Source: an uncultured Rivularia sp. (GTDB lineage: Bacteria; Cyanobacteriota; Cyanobacteriia; Cyanobacteriales; Nostocaceae). Taken from it: 64,000 nucleotides of DNA. This document shows positions 35,427-43,868 of the stretch, in pieces. The notes under the pieces were generated by a model that ran no database searches, was not told the DNA's origin, and was given only the letters and a program-made list of their open reading frames with translations. Made by a program: the position numbers and the translations under genes. The stretch is from the NCBI GenBank assembly GCA_963665115.1, contig OY762007.1:4928001-4992000 (forward strand), in the 5' to 3' direction. The stretch's first letter is position 1, and each line of letters begins with the position of its first letter.

Positions 35427-35891
35427 CTATTTTACCCGTTCCCAAGTCAATTCAAAGATTTTAGGTGTATCATCGCTTTTACTTGGTGGGGTTTTCAAAG
35501 TCACTCGATTTCCATTTAATGTAAAAGTTCGAGTTAAACTCTTACCTATACGATTGGGAATTGATGCTATTTCTACGTGATGAATTACTTTGTTGCCATC
35601 AATGCTATAACTTCCAGCGTATGAATTAAAGGTGGAAAACGCTTCTGCTCTTTCTTCAATTGGTACTCCATGTATGGCAGCAGTAAGAGGTGAAGCTGAA
35701 TTACCGCTTAATAATGCGCGATCGCCTTTTGAGAAAATAACCATCATTTTACCTTCGATGGTATAGGTGATGTAGCCAATTGGGTTAGCTCCGAATACTT
35801 CTTTATCTATATTTCCGTTGGGGAATATGGCTGTTATTGATATTAGTTTCCAAGTTCCAATTAGCGGGTTATTTTGAGTAAAATTAGACAT
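35427..35891 (-). CDS. Lipocalin-like domain protein
   Basis: LIGTWKLIS, G.ITYT..G.M, SYAGSY, C-terminal LTWER. Confidence 0.78.
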   Translation of the reverse strand: MSNFTQNNPLIGTWKLISITAIFPNGNIDKEVFGANPIGYITYTIEGKMMVIFSKGDRALLSGNSASPLTAAIHGVPIEERAEAFSTFNSYAGSYSIDGNKVIHHVEIASIPNRIGKSLTRTFTLNGNRVTLKTPPSKSDDTPKIFELTWERVK

Positions 35892-35970
35892 ATATTACAT
35901 TACTTTTAAGGTTTGTAGTAAGGATTTTAATCCTTCATATTATAAGAGTTAAAACTCTGACTAGGAGCTT

Positions 35971-36630
35971 TTATTTCTCAAACAAATTCCCTTCATTTCG
36001 ACGACGATTAATTAAGCCTGGTAATTTTTTCCCACTACCATGAACCCAACGATTTAATTCGCTTGGTACGGCTTTGTAATCTTGATTATTTAATTTAGCT
36101 AATAATGTCGATGATGCAAATTGGGTTTCTCCAATATTAAATACAAAACTCACAAGGGCATCAAACTGATTTTGATTTAGCGGTACTTTGACTAATCTAT
36201 TAACTGTGTTTTCGGCTGTAATTACATCAGAGCGTAAGATTTCCATTGCTCGTTCTTTTGTAATCCCACTTTTAAATTCTTCCGGTTCGCTACCATTTAT
36301 CGGGCCATAATGTACCAAATGACCAACACCAATTGTTGCATGATTAGCTGGGTCATTATATAAATGTAAAATCATTCCTTCGTGTTCGGCGATAAATTTT
36401 AAACCATTATTACCAATTTTTTTATTATCGGAATTAGCTTGAATATTCGTATTTTCTAGCGGTAAAGAAACAATTTGACCAATTTGTAACCGTCGCGCTT
36501 CGTTTTCTGTAAAGCATTCTCCCGTGTCTTTAGTTATCTCCTGCCAACGGTTAGCGCTGCCTAGGTGAAGTTGTGCGATCGCGCTTAGGGTGTCACCAGA
36601 TTTGATCGTGTAAGAAGTACGATTTTTCAT
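35971..36630 (-). CDS. LysM domain + GH24 (phage-type) lysozyme
   Basis: YTIKSGDTLSAIA LysM; EHEG..YNDP..ATIGVGH (E/D/T), QNQFDALVSFVFNIG, LPGLINRR..E. Confidence 0.88.
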   Translation of the reverse strand: MKNRTSYTIKSGDTLSAIAQLHLGSANRWQEITKDTGECFTENEARRLQIGQIVSLPLENTNIQANSDNKKIGNNGLKFIAEHEGMILHLYNDPANHATIGVGHLVHYGPINGSEPEEFKSGITKERAMEILRSDVITAENTVNRLVKVPLNQNQFDALVSFVFNIGETQFASSTLLAKLNNQDYKAVPSELNRWVHGSGKKLPGLINRRRNEGNLFEK

Positions 36631-36730
36631 TAAACTCTTGTATATAAGTTGTAACAGTTAAATAATACAATAAACCCGATTCGTAAAAAAAACCGGGTTT
36701 ATAAATTGATTAATAATTATTTATAAGTGC

Positions 36731-36800
36731 TTAAGCAAAAGCGAAATTATCCGCACTCAAACTATCTACTTCAATTCCTTTTAAAACTGCTAAAAGCGTC
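36731..36800 (-). pseudogene. Remnant C-terminus of an RTX/type I-secreted-like protein
   Basis: Reads TLLAVLKGIEVDSLSADNFAFA* with no upstream ORF. Confidence 0.5.
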
Positions 36801-37012
36801 TAGATTAACATCATTATTTTTAAACAATGACAAAAGACAGCTTGTCATACACGAACAACTTTTAATTATCGCTAGTTTGGATTTCTGTAGAGAATAAAAA
36901 AAGTTGCGAAACAGCAAAAAATGGAGAAAGCATCTTTAATTTGATCGGTAAAGCTTTCTCCATATTCCTAAATAATTATCTAATTACTATTCATTAAAGC
37001 AATCAGATGAAA

Positions 37013-38440
37013 TTAAGCAAAAGTAACACTATTATTGCTGCCATTATCAACAATATTTTCAGCAGTCAAGTTTGTACCGCTGAGTATCTCAAGGATATTA
37101 TTGTCACCACCGATTACGATGGCTCCGCTTTCATTACCCTCAAAAGTGCTACTTCCAATAGTGATGGAATTCTCATCACCAGCAATATCTAATCCCCACT
37201 CACCATTATCAAAAATCTCTGTACCAAAGAGACTAACAGTGTTTTCATTACCAAGAATTTCAATACCGTCTTCAGCATTGCGGAAGATTTCAGAATCATT
37301 GATAGTTAAGTTATTGTTTTCTCCGGTATAGTCGAAAGAAAAACCACTAGAACCATTATCAATTAAGAAGCTATCTTTAATAGTAATGGTATTGTCATCA
37401 CCATCAACTTCAAAACCCTGCTCCTTGTTATCGAAAGATTGGACATCTTCCCAAGTAACAGTGTTATTGCGTCCAAAGATATCAAATCCATCATCACCGT
37501 TGTTACGAAATCCACTTTCGATAACTTCTATAGTGTTACCAGTACCTCTAAAGTCGATATCAAAGCCATCTTCCTTGTTTCCACCAAAAACGCTTCTATC
37601 TTGAATGGTAATTTTATTATCGCGCCCATCAATCTCGAAACCCTCTTCACCATTGCCATCAGAGGATACGTTATTTAAAATGATGGTGTTTTCGCTACCT
37701 TCGATATCAAAACCATCGTCACCGTTATCGCGGAATGTAGTTGCAGTAAGAGTGATTTCGTTACCAGTAGCAGTAATATCATCTCCGAAACCGTCTCCAC
37801 CATTAGAAGAAAAATTACTGTTGGTGCCAGTAATTGTGTTATTGCTACCATCAATCTCTACACCATCCTCAGCATTACCAGTTGAAGAGGCTCTATCTAA
37901 AGTAAAAGTGTTGTCATTACCAAAGATATCAATCCCATCATCCATGTTGTTAAAAAATGCAGAGTCTTGGATGTCGAAACTGTTGCCTACACCCGTGCGA
38001 GGAATTACTAAGCCGTCGTTATTTGTTTCAAATTCACTGGTGTCGATATTAACATTGTTATTTGTGCCATCAACTTCCAAGCCTGCTGCTTCATTAAAAC
38101 TAGCTTCAACGCGGAATAAATCGACTGTATTGTTTTCTCCAAAAACATCTATACCGTCATCACCGTTGAGATTGAAACTAGATTTATTTGCTGAAACTGA
38201 AGCATCGCTGACACCACCGCGAATTTCAAAGCCATCATCTCCATTGCTGGTAGATTCAACTCCCTCAAGCTCGACATTAGCACCATCGAGAACAGCAATA
38301 CCATCTCCTGCAAAGTTGTTGAAGGTTTCACTATCTAAATTGCTATCGGAGGTAATTTCTAGTCCAGTTCCTTTGATATCATCTGTTTCATTTTCAACTT
38401 TGTTATCGGTTGTATTCATGTCAGTTGTAGCTGTAGCCAT
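37013..38440 (-). CDS. Acidic right-handed parallel beta-helix repeat protein
   Basis: Many ~22-24-aa N-x-(D/E)-(D/E)-G-(F/I)-(D/E)-I..G..N repeats. Confidence 0.8.
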   Translation of the reverse strand: MATATTDMNTTDNKVENETDDIKGTGLEITSDSNLDSETFNNFAGDGIAVLDGANVELEGVESTSNGDDGFEIRGGVSDASVSANKSSFNLNGDDGIDVFGENNTVDLFRVEASFNEAAGLEVDGTNNNVNIDTSEFETNNDGLVIPRTGVGNSFDIQDSAFFNNMDDGIDIFGNDNTFTLDRASSTGNAEDGVEIDGSNNTITGTNSNFSSNGGDGFGDDITATGNEITLTATTFRDNGDDGFDIEGSENTIILNNVSSDGNGEEGFEIDGRDNKITIQDRSVFGGNKEDGFDIDFRGTGNTIEVIESGFRNNGDDGFDIFGRNNTVTWEDVQSFDNKEQGFEVDGDDNTITIKDSFLIDNGSSGFSFDYTGENNNLTINDSEIFRNAEDGIEILGNENTVSLFGTEIFDNGEWGLDIAGDENSITIGSSTFEGNESGAIVIGGDNNILEILSGTNLTAENIVDNGSNNSVTFA

Positions 38441-39114
38441 GATATTAATTATTCCCTGGATTTAATTGGTTTAGTGACATGAACTAAGTTAAAATGATCA
38501 ATTCAAAATTGCAGCAATTCAGCTACTAATTTCTCGATTCACTGATATACTTGTTTATTAAAAATGAAAAGTTACTTAGGCAATGTGGATGAAATGTAAC
38601 CTATTTATACAAAATATTTATGAAAAGCGTGCTAAATTACTTAATAAGATAAAAGTCTAACAAGGTTAATTCAACGCTATAATGTATAATTTCAGGATTC
38701 AATTGACACAACCAGTAAGTTAAGAATTTCTACTTAGCTCAAGTTATTTCAATAGTGACAACTAAAAATTATCTTTTCTTTATTCATAGTTTAAAAGTTA
38801 GTTGTTATTAAGTTAACAAAAAAATAATACTCCTTAAGAGACATGGGCATATATCTATGGGCGTATATATTTCGTAGTAGAAAAAATATTACAGGTTTTG
38901 AATAGCAATAGATTTTATATGTATCAAATATAATCTTACTAATTAAATAATTTTGGGTTGACTCATAGCATTAATACAGCGACTTAAATAAAGAATTCTA
39001 TATTTTGAATTTGTTTCATACATAAAATTTAAAATGTAGGAATTTTTAATCCAAAATCGATTCGGCTTCCCTTTACGCTAAAGTAATTTGTGAAGCGTGC
39101 ATCGAGGAAAAGCC

Positions 39115-40110
39115 ATGAAAGCAGTGTTAATCACAGCACCCGGAAACCCAGAAGTTTTACAAGTACGGGAAATTGCAAACCCGCTTCCTCCCCAAAATAC
39201 AGAGCTTTTGGTACGTTTAAAAGCTGCTGGAGTTAACCCCATCGATACCAAACTTCGCAAACGCGGTACCTTTTACCCAGATAAAATGCCTGCAATTTTA
39301 GGATGCGATGGTGCAGGAATTGTGGAAGCAATAGGAAATTCGGTAAAACGTTTTCGCGTAGGAGATGAAGTATATTTTTGCAACGGTGGAATAGGCGATC
39401 GCCAAGGTAATTACGCAGAGTTCACAACTGTTGAAGAGCGCTTCGTAGCTGCGAAACCGAAATCAGTCTCCTTTATAGAAGCTGCTGCTGCACCTTTAGT
39501 ATTAATTACCGCATGGGAAGCATTATACGAACGGGGACGTTTAGAACCCGGTGAAAAAGTATTAATTCATGCTGGTGCGGGTGGTGTTGGACACGTTGCA
39601 ATTCAACTAGCTAAACTAAAGGATGCTGATGTTTGTACTACGGTAAGTTCTCAGGAAAAAGTGGATTTTGTCAAGAACCTGGGGGCTGATTATGCGATTA
39701 ATTACCAGCAAAATGATTTTGTCAAAGCAGCTTTGGATTGGACAAATGGTGAAGGTGTAGATTTAGCATTCGATACAGTTGGTGGAGAGACATTTGAGAA
39801 AACATTTCCAGCGATACGAATTTACGGCGATATTGTCACCATTTTACAACCAAGCGACGCAACCAATTGGAAGGTTGCCAGACAAAGGAATTTAAGAATC
39901 GGTTTGGAATTGATGTTAACACCGATGTTGCAGGGAATGGTGGAAGCACAAGCCCATCATGGAGAGATTTTATCAGAATGTGCGAAGTGGATGGATCAAG
40001 GAAAGTTGAAAGTTTGTGTGAATAGGACTTTTGGCTTGGAAGAAGTTGCGAAAGCGCATGAATTGTTGGAAGCAGGTTCGATGATTGGGAAGGTTGTGGT
40101 TGTTAATTAG
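39115..40110 (+). CDS. MDR-family NADPH:quinone oxidoreductase-like protein
   Basis: AAGVNPID, LGCDGAG, HAGAGGVG, AHELLE..GKVV; ATG 39115 follows GAGG. Confidence 0.9.
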   Translation: MKAVLITAPGNPEVLQVREIANPLPPQNTELLVRLKAAGVNPIDTKLRKRGTFYPDKMPAILGCDGAGIVEAIGNSVKRFRVGDEVYFCNGGIGDRQGNYAEFTTVEERFVAAKPKSVSFIEAAAAPLVLITAWEALYERGRLEPGEKVLIHAGAGGVGHVAIQLAKLKDADVCTTVSSQEKVDFVKNLGADYAINYQQNDFVKAALDWTNGEGVDLAFDTVGGETFEKTFPAIRIYGDIVTILQPSDATNWKVARQRNLRIGLELMLTPMLQGMVEAQAHHGEILSECAKWMDQGKLKVCVNRTFGLEEVAKAHELLEAGSMIGKVVVVN

Positions 40111-40417
40111 TTCGTAGTAAGGACTTTAGTCCCTCATCTCCAGATACCTGGCGATTGAATATGCTGCACCTATTGGTGAACGCGGCTACACAGGCAAAGT
40201 CCACCTTCGTGGACTAAATATTTAATGTTTATTGTAGGGTGTGTTATGGCGACGAAATGGTTGTAGGGAAACAGATATGTTAGTTAATGCCGTAACGCAC
40301 CGTCTTGTTTTAGCGAAGTAATCTTTTAATTTTACTAGGGCGTTAAAGTCCTGGCTACACAGGCAAATTTCATCTGTGTGGGCTGAAAATTCTATCGATT
40401 TAATTCGCTACGAGCGA

Positions 40418-40461
40418 ACTAAATTCACAATATTCCAAATTTATGGTATATTGAATTTAGT
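40418..40461 (+). promoter_or_regulatory. Sigma70-like promoter embedded in a palindrome (candidate operator) upstream of the retron leader
   Basis: TTCACA (40424-29), 17-nt spacer, TG-n-TATATT (40447-52); perfect inverted repeat ACTAAATTCA (40418-27)/TGAATTTAGT (40452-61). Confidence 0.55.
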
Positions 40462-40462
40462 C

Positions 40463-41076
40463 GGATAAAAGGAGATGTTTGCCATTTACTGGATTGCTTC
40501 GGCATTCCGTGGAAGATAGTTATATATCTTCTATCGTGTTTCTAATTTATCTATTTGAGAAACGTGTAATTCACGCGGGTTGCCACACTAGAGACTACTT
40601 AAAGACTCCAGGAAAGAAACCTCAATGAAATTATCATTGCACGATTCCTAGAAATGTTTAGTAAACATAGAACTGTAATTATTTCCCCTATGAGTACGTT
40701 GTTCTAGGTTACTAACTAAACTAAATTAGGAAAATGAATATGAATAGAAAACACTCAAGCGCAGCTTTAGCAAATTAGCTGCGTAGGTATGGGGAGGGTT
40801 AAAACTGCTGTTCTCCTGGTTTGTTTGAGGCAACACTTATTTGTGGAAACTTGAATAAGTGCAAACAAAACATATGCATGAGGTTTTTATGCAAGAAAAA
40901 TCCGATAAACAGCAGCAGCAATCGAAAAAGCGTAAATCAAAACGGTGGCTGAAATGGCTCCGTCAACCTCAAACGCTCCGTCTACTGTTACAACTTGGTA
41001 CAATCATTTTTAATATCTTAAAATGGTTGGTCGAACGTTCACATGGTTGATATAGATTGCTTACCTCCTTTTATCT
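40463..41076 (+). ncRNA. Putative retron msr-msd-like structured RNA that also contains a small ORF
   Basis: GATAAAAGGAG (40464-74) is the exact reverse complement of CTCCTTTTATC (41065-75); at least seven internal stems including a C(UUCG)G hairpin; directly upstream of the HTH-RT genes. Confidence 0.7.
40889..41050 (+). CDS. 53-aa basic/amphipathic small protein, candidate retron effector
   Basis: GAGG RBS at 40880-83, ATG 40889; MQEKSDKQQQQSKKRKSKRWLKWLRQPQTLRLLLQLGTIIFNILKWLVERSHG. Confidence 0.6.
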   Translation: MQEKSDKQQQQSKKRKSKRWLKWLRQPQTLRLLLQLGTIIFNILKWLVERSHG

Positions 41077-41116
41077 ATAAAACTCCTTAATATCCTCTGT
41101 TCAAAGGAGGTTAACA

Positions 41117-41425
41117 ATGTTAAATGAGGCTCTAAGATTAATTAGAGTATTCTACGATTTACCACAGAAGCAACTTGCAGAGAAATTAGGAATATCTAAA
41201 TCATATCTTTCAGAAATTGAGTCGGGAAAAAAGACTCCTACAATTGATTTGCTAAATCGTTACGCAGATTTTTTCGATATCCCAGCATCCTCAATTATGT
41301 TCTTTTCAGAAAGCTTAGAAAAGGATGCAAAAGTAGAAAAACTGAGAAGTTTTGTATCTTCTAAAATTATAGCTATTCTTAACTTTATTGCTGAAAGGTC
41401 TGGTAATTCTTATGCCGAAAAATAA
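41117..41425 (+). CDS. XRE/Cro-like helix-turn-helix protein associated with the retron RT
   Basis: LRLIR..LPQKQLAEKLGISKSYLSEIESGKKTP; strong AAGGAGG RBS; overlaps the RT start. Confidence 0.9.
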   Translation: MLNEALRLIRVFYDLPQKQLAEKLGISKSYLSEIESGKKTPTIDLLNRYADFFDIPASSIMFFSESLEKDAKVEKLRSFVSSKIIAILNFIAERSGNSYAEK

Positions 41426-42311
41426 GCATACAATATATGAATTAGATCAATCACCTTTTTACTGTTTGAAGTCTAAAGCGAAACTCGAAAAGCTTTTACT
41501 TATAACTAAAAGCAAACTTCAAATGCTTACTAAATCAGAAGATTTGTATCGCGAGAGTAATATTTATGGAAAAAATGGTAAACCTCGTCCCGTACAAAAA
41601 CCAAGACCTGATTTAAAAAGAGTTCAAAAGCGAATTGAAGAGCTTTTAAAACGAATAAAGCTTCCAAGTTATATATATGCTCCTGCGAGGGGGCTTTCCC
41701 ATATTAATAATGCTCAAGCTCATATAAATGCTGTAGTCCTAAGAACGCTTGATATTGAAAAATACTTTCCTTCTACACCATCAAGGCACGTTTATTCATT
41801 CTTCCACAAACGGATGAAATGTTCTCCAGATGTTGCTGGAATTTTAAATAAGATATTAACATTCAAAGGTTATTTACCAACTGGCAGTCCATCAAGTCCA
41901 ATTATTTCCTATTTTTCACATATTGATATGTGGGAATCAATATACGAAATTGTGAATCAAGCTAATTGTAATTTAGCTGTTTACATGGACGATGTAACTA
42001 TTTCAGGTGATGTTGTTCCTGACAAATTGATTTGGCAAATAAAGCAGCAGTTTTATAGCTGTGGATTGCGTAGTAATAAACAGAAAGAAAAATTTTACGT
42101 TGGCAAAAAGTCATCTGAAGTAACTGGAATCATTATCAAAGAAGGTAAGTTAAAGATTCCTAATCGTATACATTGGAAAATGTATAAGATTCGTCTAACT
42201 CTTCATTCAGAAACTCAGCCAAACAAACGTAAGAAGCTGATGCAACAATTGGAAAGTTTAAAGGCATATGAGCGACAAATTCTAATATCAAACTCTGCTT
42301 CATTAAATTGA
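41412..42311 (+). CDS. Retron-type reverse transcriptase (299 aa from ATG 41412)
   Basis: KPRPVQKP..LKRVQKRI, NAQAH (retron NAxxH), LDIEKYFPS, LPTGSPSSP, YMDD catalytic motif, VTG (region Y); no maturase or endonuclease extension. Confidence 0.9.
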   Translation: MPKNKHTIYELDQSPFYCLKSKAKLEKLLLITKSKLQMLTKSEDLYRESNIYGKNGKPRPVQKPRPDLKRVQKRIEELLKRIKLPSYIYAPARGLSHINNAQAHINAVVLRTLDIEKYFPSTPSRHVYSFFHKRMKCSPDVAGILNKILTFKGYLPTGSPSSPIISYFSHIDMWESIYEIVNQANCNLAVYMDDVTISGDVVPDKLIWQIKQQFYSCGLRSNKQKEKFYVGKKSSEVTGIIIKEGKLKIPNRIHWKMYKIRLTLHSETQPNKRKKLMQQLESLKAYERQILISNSASLN

Positions 42312-42364
42312 ATGTTCAACAGCGGTATTATCTGCATTAAATTAACAAAATAAAAGGATAAAAA

Positions 42365-42592
42365 ATGAACACTTCTATCATTGACGAAGTAATTGAACAA
42401 CTCGGAACCATGCCGCAGCACTTACAATCGCAAGTACTAGATTTTGCTCGTAAACTTGTACAAAACGAAGTTAAAGGTACTCCTGGTTCGCAATTACTGC
42501 GTTTTGCAGGTTCTATTCCTGCTAATGACGTTAAATTAATGAGGGAAGCGATTGAACAAGACTGCGAACAGGTAGATGTCAATAAGTGGTAG
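42365..42592 (+). CDS. Putative antitoxin (DUF2281-like) of a PIN toxin-antitoxin pair
   Basis: 75 aa, MP..LQ.QVLDFAR.L..G..G..LLRFAG.I; overlaps the downstream PIN gene. Confidence 0.7.
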   Translation: MNTSIIDEVIEQLGTMPQHLQSQVLDFARKLVQNEVKGTPGSQLLRFAGSIPANDVKLMREAIEQDCEQVDVNKW

Positions 42593-42971
42593 GTTCTTGC
42601 TAGATACAAACATTATCATTGCTCTCTTTGCAGATGAAGAAGCAGTTAAAAATAAGCTTGCTCAAGCCAACGAAGTTTTTATTCCAAGCAATGCTATTGG
42701 TGAATTGTGTTACGGTGCTAGAAAATCGGGGCGAGTTCAGGCAAATCTAGCAAGAGTTGATGAATTGATTGCGAACAGTGCAGTGCTTGAATGTGATGCT
42801 GAAACTGCTCGGCAATACGGTGAAGTCAAAAACCAGTTAAGGTTAAAAGGTCGTCCGTTACCTGAGAATGACATTTGGATTGCAGCCGTTGCCTTACAGC
42901 ATAATTTAGTTTTGGTAACACGCGATGCTCATTTTCAGCAAGTTGAGAATTTGCAATCTGTCAATTGGTAA
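42576..42971 (+). CDS. vapC: VapC-family PIN-domain ribonuclease toxin
   Basis: LLDTNIII, GEL..GA, NDIWIAAVA, LVTRDAHF. Confidence 0.9.
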   Translation: MSISGRFLLDTNIIIALFADEEAVKNKLAQANEVFIPSNAIGELCYGARKSGRVQANLARVDELIANSAVLECDAETARQYGEVKNQLRLKGRPLPENDIWIAAVALQHNLVLVTRDAHFQQVENLQSVNW

Positions 42972-43189
42972 ATATTACCGTATAAATAGAATGCAATTAT
43001 TTGATTGTTTTTCGCTGCTTCACAGGTTTTCTCTCACGAAAATAACTAATCAAATACTCAGTCTTATTGATAAGACTTCTGCTATTAGCCCAGGGTTTGC
43101 AACCCTGGGTGGTTTAGGTTTAGAAGGAACAATATCAAACAAAAACTCCCAATTGACTTTATAATAAGTTTCAAGCGGAGAAATAAACC

Positions 43190-43783
43190 TTGAAACTAAT
43201 TTTAGTTGCCCCCGAATCATTATTAACAGCAGCTTTTCAACAACATTTCAATTATTTCCCTAACATCGAAATTGTTAACAACTACTTTGAATGGTTGCCT
43301 GTTTTCGATTGTTTAGTTAGCCCTGCAAATTCGTTTGGGATGATGGATGGTGGTATGGATGCAGCCATTATCAAGTTTTTTGGAGATTCCTTGATGGAAA
43401 AGGTGCAGCAGCGCATCCTTACAGATTATTTAGGAGAGCAACCTGTAGGAACATCAATGATTGTAGAAACAGGTAATCGTAAACATCCATTTCTCGCACA
43501 TACACCTACCATGCGGGTTCCCATGTCTATCGTAGGGACGGATGTTCCTTATGTAGCGATGTGGGCTATGCTTTTAGCAGTGCGTCGTCACAACCAATCT
43601 TCTCAGCATAAAATTAACACCGTTGCTTGTCCCGGTTTGGGTACGGGAATCGGTAGAATTGATTACGATGAAGCAGCCAGACAAATGGCTTTAGCTTACG
43701 ATAATTTTCTTTATCCCCCGAAGCATCTTAATTGTTTTGTTGCAGCTTCCAGACAACTTTTGATTTGGGAAGGTAATGGGTAA
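43190..43783 (+). CDS. Macrodomain (ADP-ribose binding/hydrolase) protein
   Basis: VSPANSFGMMDGGMDAAI, HTPTM, CPGLGTGIG; TTG start after GGAG. Confidence 0.87.
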   Translation: MKLILVAPESLLTAAFQQHFNYFPNIEIVNNYFEWLPVFDCLVSPANSFGMMDGGMDAAIIKFFGDSLMEKVQQRILTDYLGEQPVGTSMIVETGNRKHPFLAHTPTMRVPMSIVGTDVPYVAMWAMLLAVRRHNQSSQHKINTVACPGLGTGIGRIDYDEAARQMALAYDNFLYPPKHLNCFVAASRQLLIWEGNG

Positions 43784-43863
43784 TTGGTAATAGTAAATGT
43801 TCCTACCCCAATATTTTTTTGTTTGGGAAGGTGGTAATTAGTAATTTGTGGGAACATTTAATG
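43731..43863. repeat. Direct repeat copy 1 (copy 2 at ~44621-44755), flanking the YefM/RelE module
   Basis: First 44 bp match at 42/44 (ATTGTTTTrTTGCAGCTTCCAGACArCTTTTGATTTGGGAAGGT); AATGTTCCTACCCC and GAACATTTAAT also shared. Confidence 0.85.
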
Positions 43864-43868
43864 ATGCG

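Noticed and set aside
35971..36630. Prophage around the lysozyme
   Set aside because: No structural, integrase, terminase or holin genes nearby
37035..38465. Plus-strand ORFs including the 286-aa ORF at 37605
   Set aside because: Antisense shadows of the repetitive beta-helix gene
40475..40519. 14-codon ORF MFAIYWIASAFRGR after AAGGAG
   Set aside because: No spacing between the SD-like sequence and the ATG; the SD-like sequence is better explained as the a1 arm
41388..42311. RT as group II intron, DGR, CRISPR-associated or DRT2-type
   Set aside because: Short protein with NAxxH and VTG motifs; no maturase/HNH domain, no TR/VR pair, no cas genes; flanked by an a1/a2-like repeat
42925..43164. 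79-aa ORF between vapC and the macrodomain gene
   Set aside because: No clear RBS, overlaps vapC, no recognisable features
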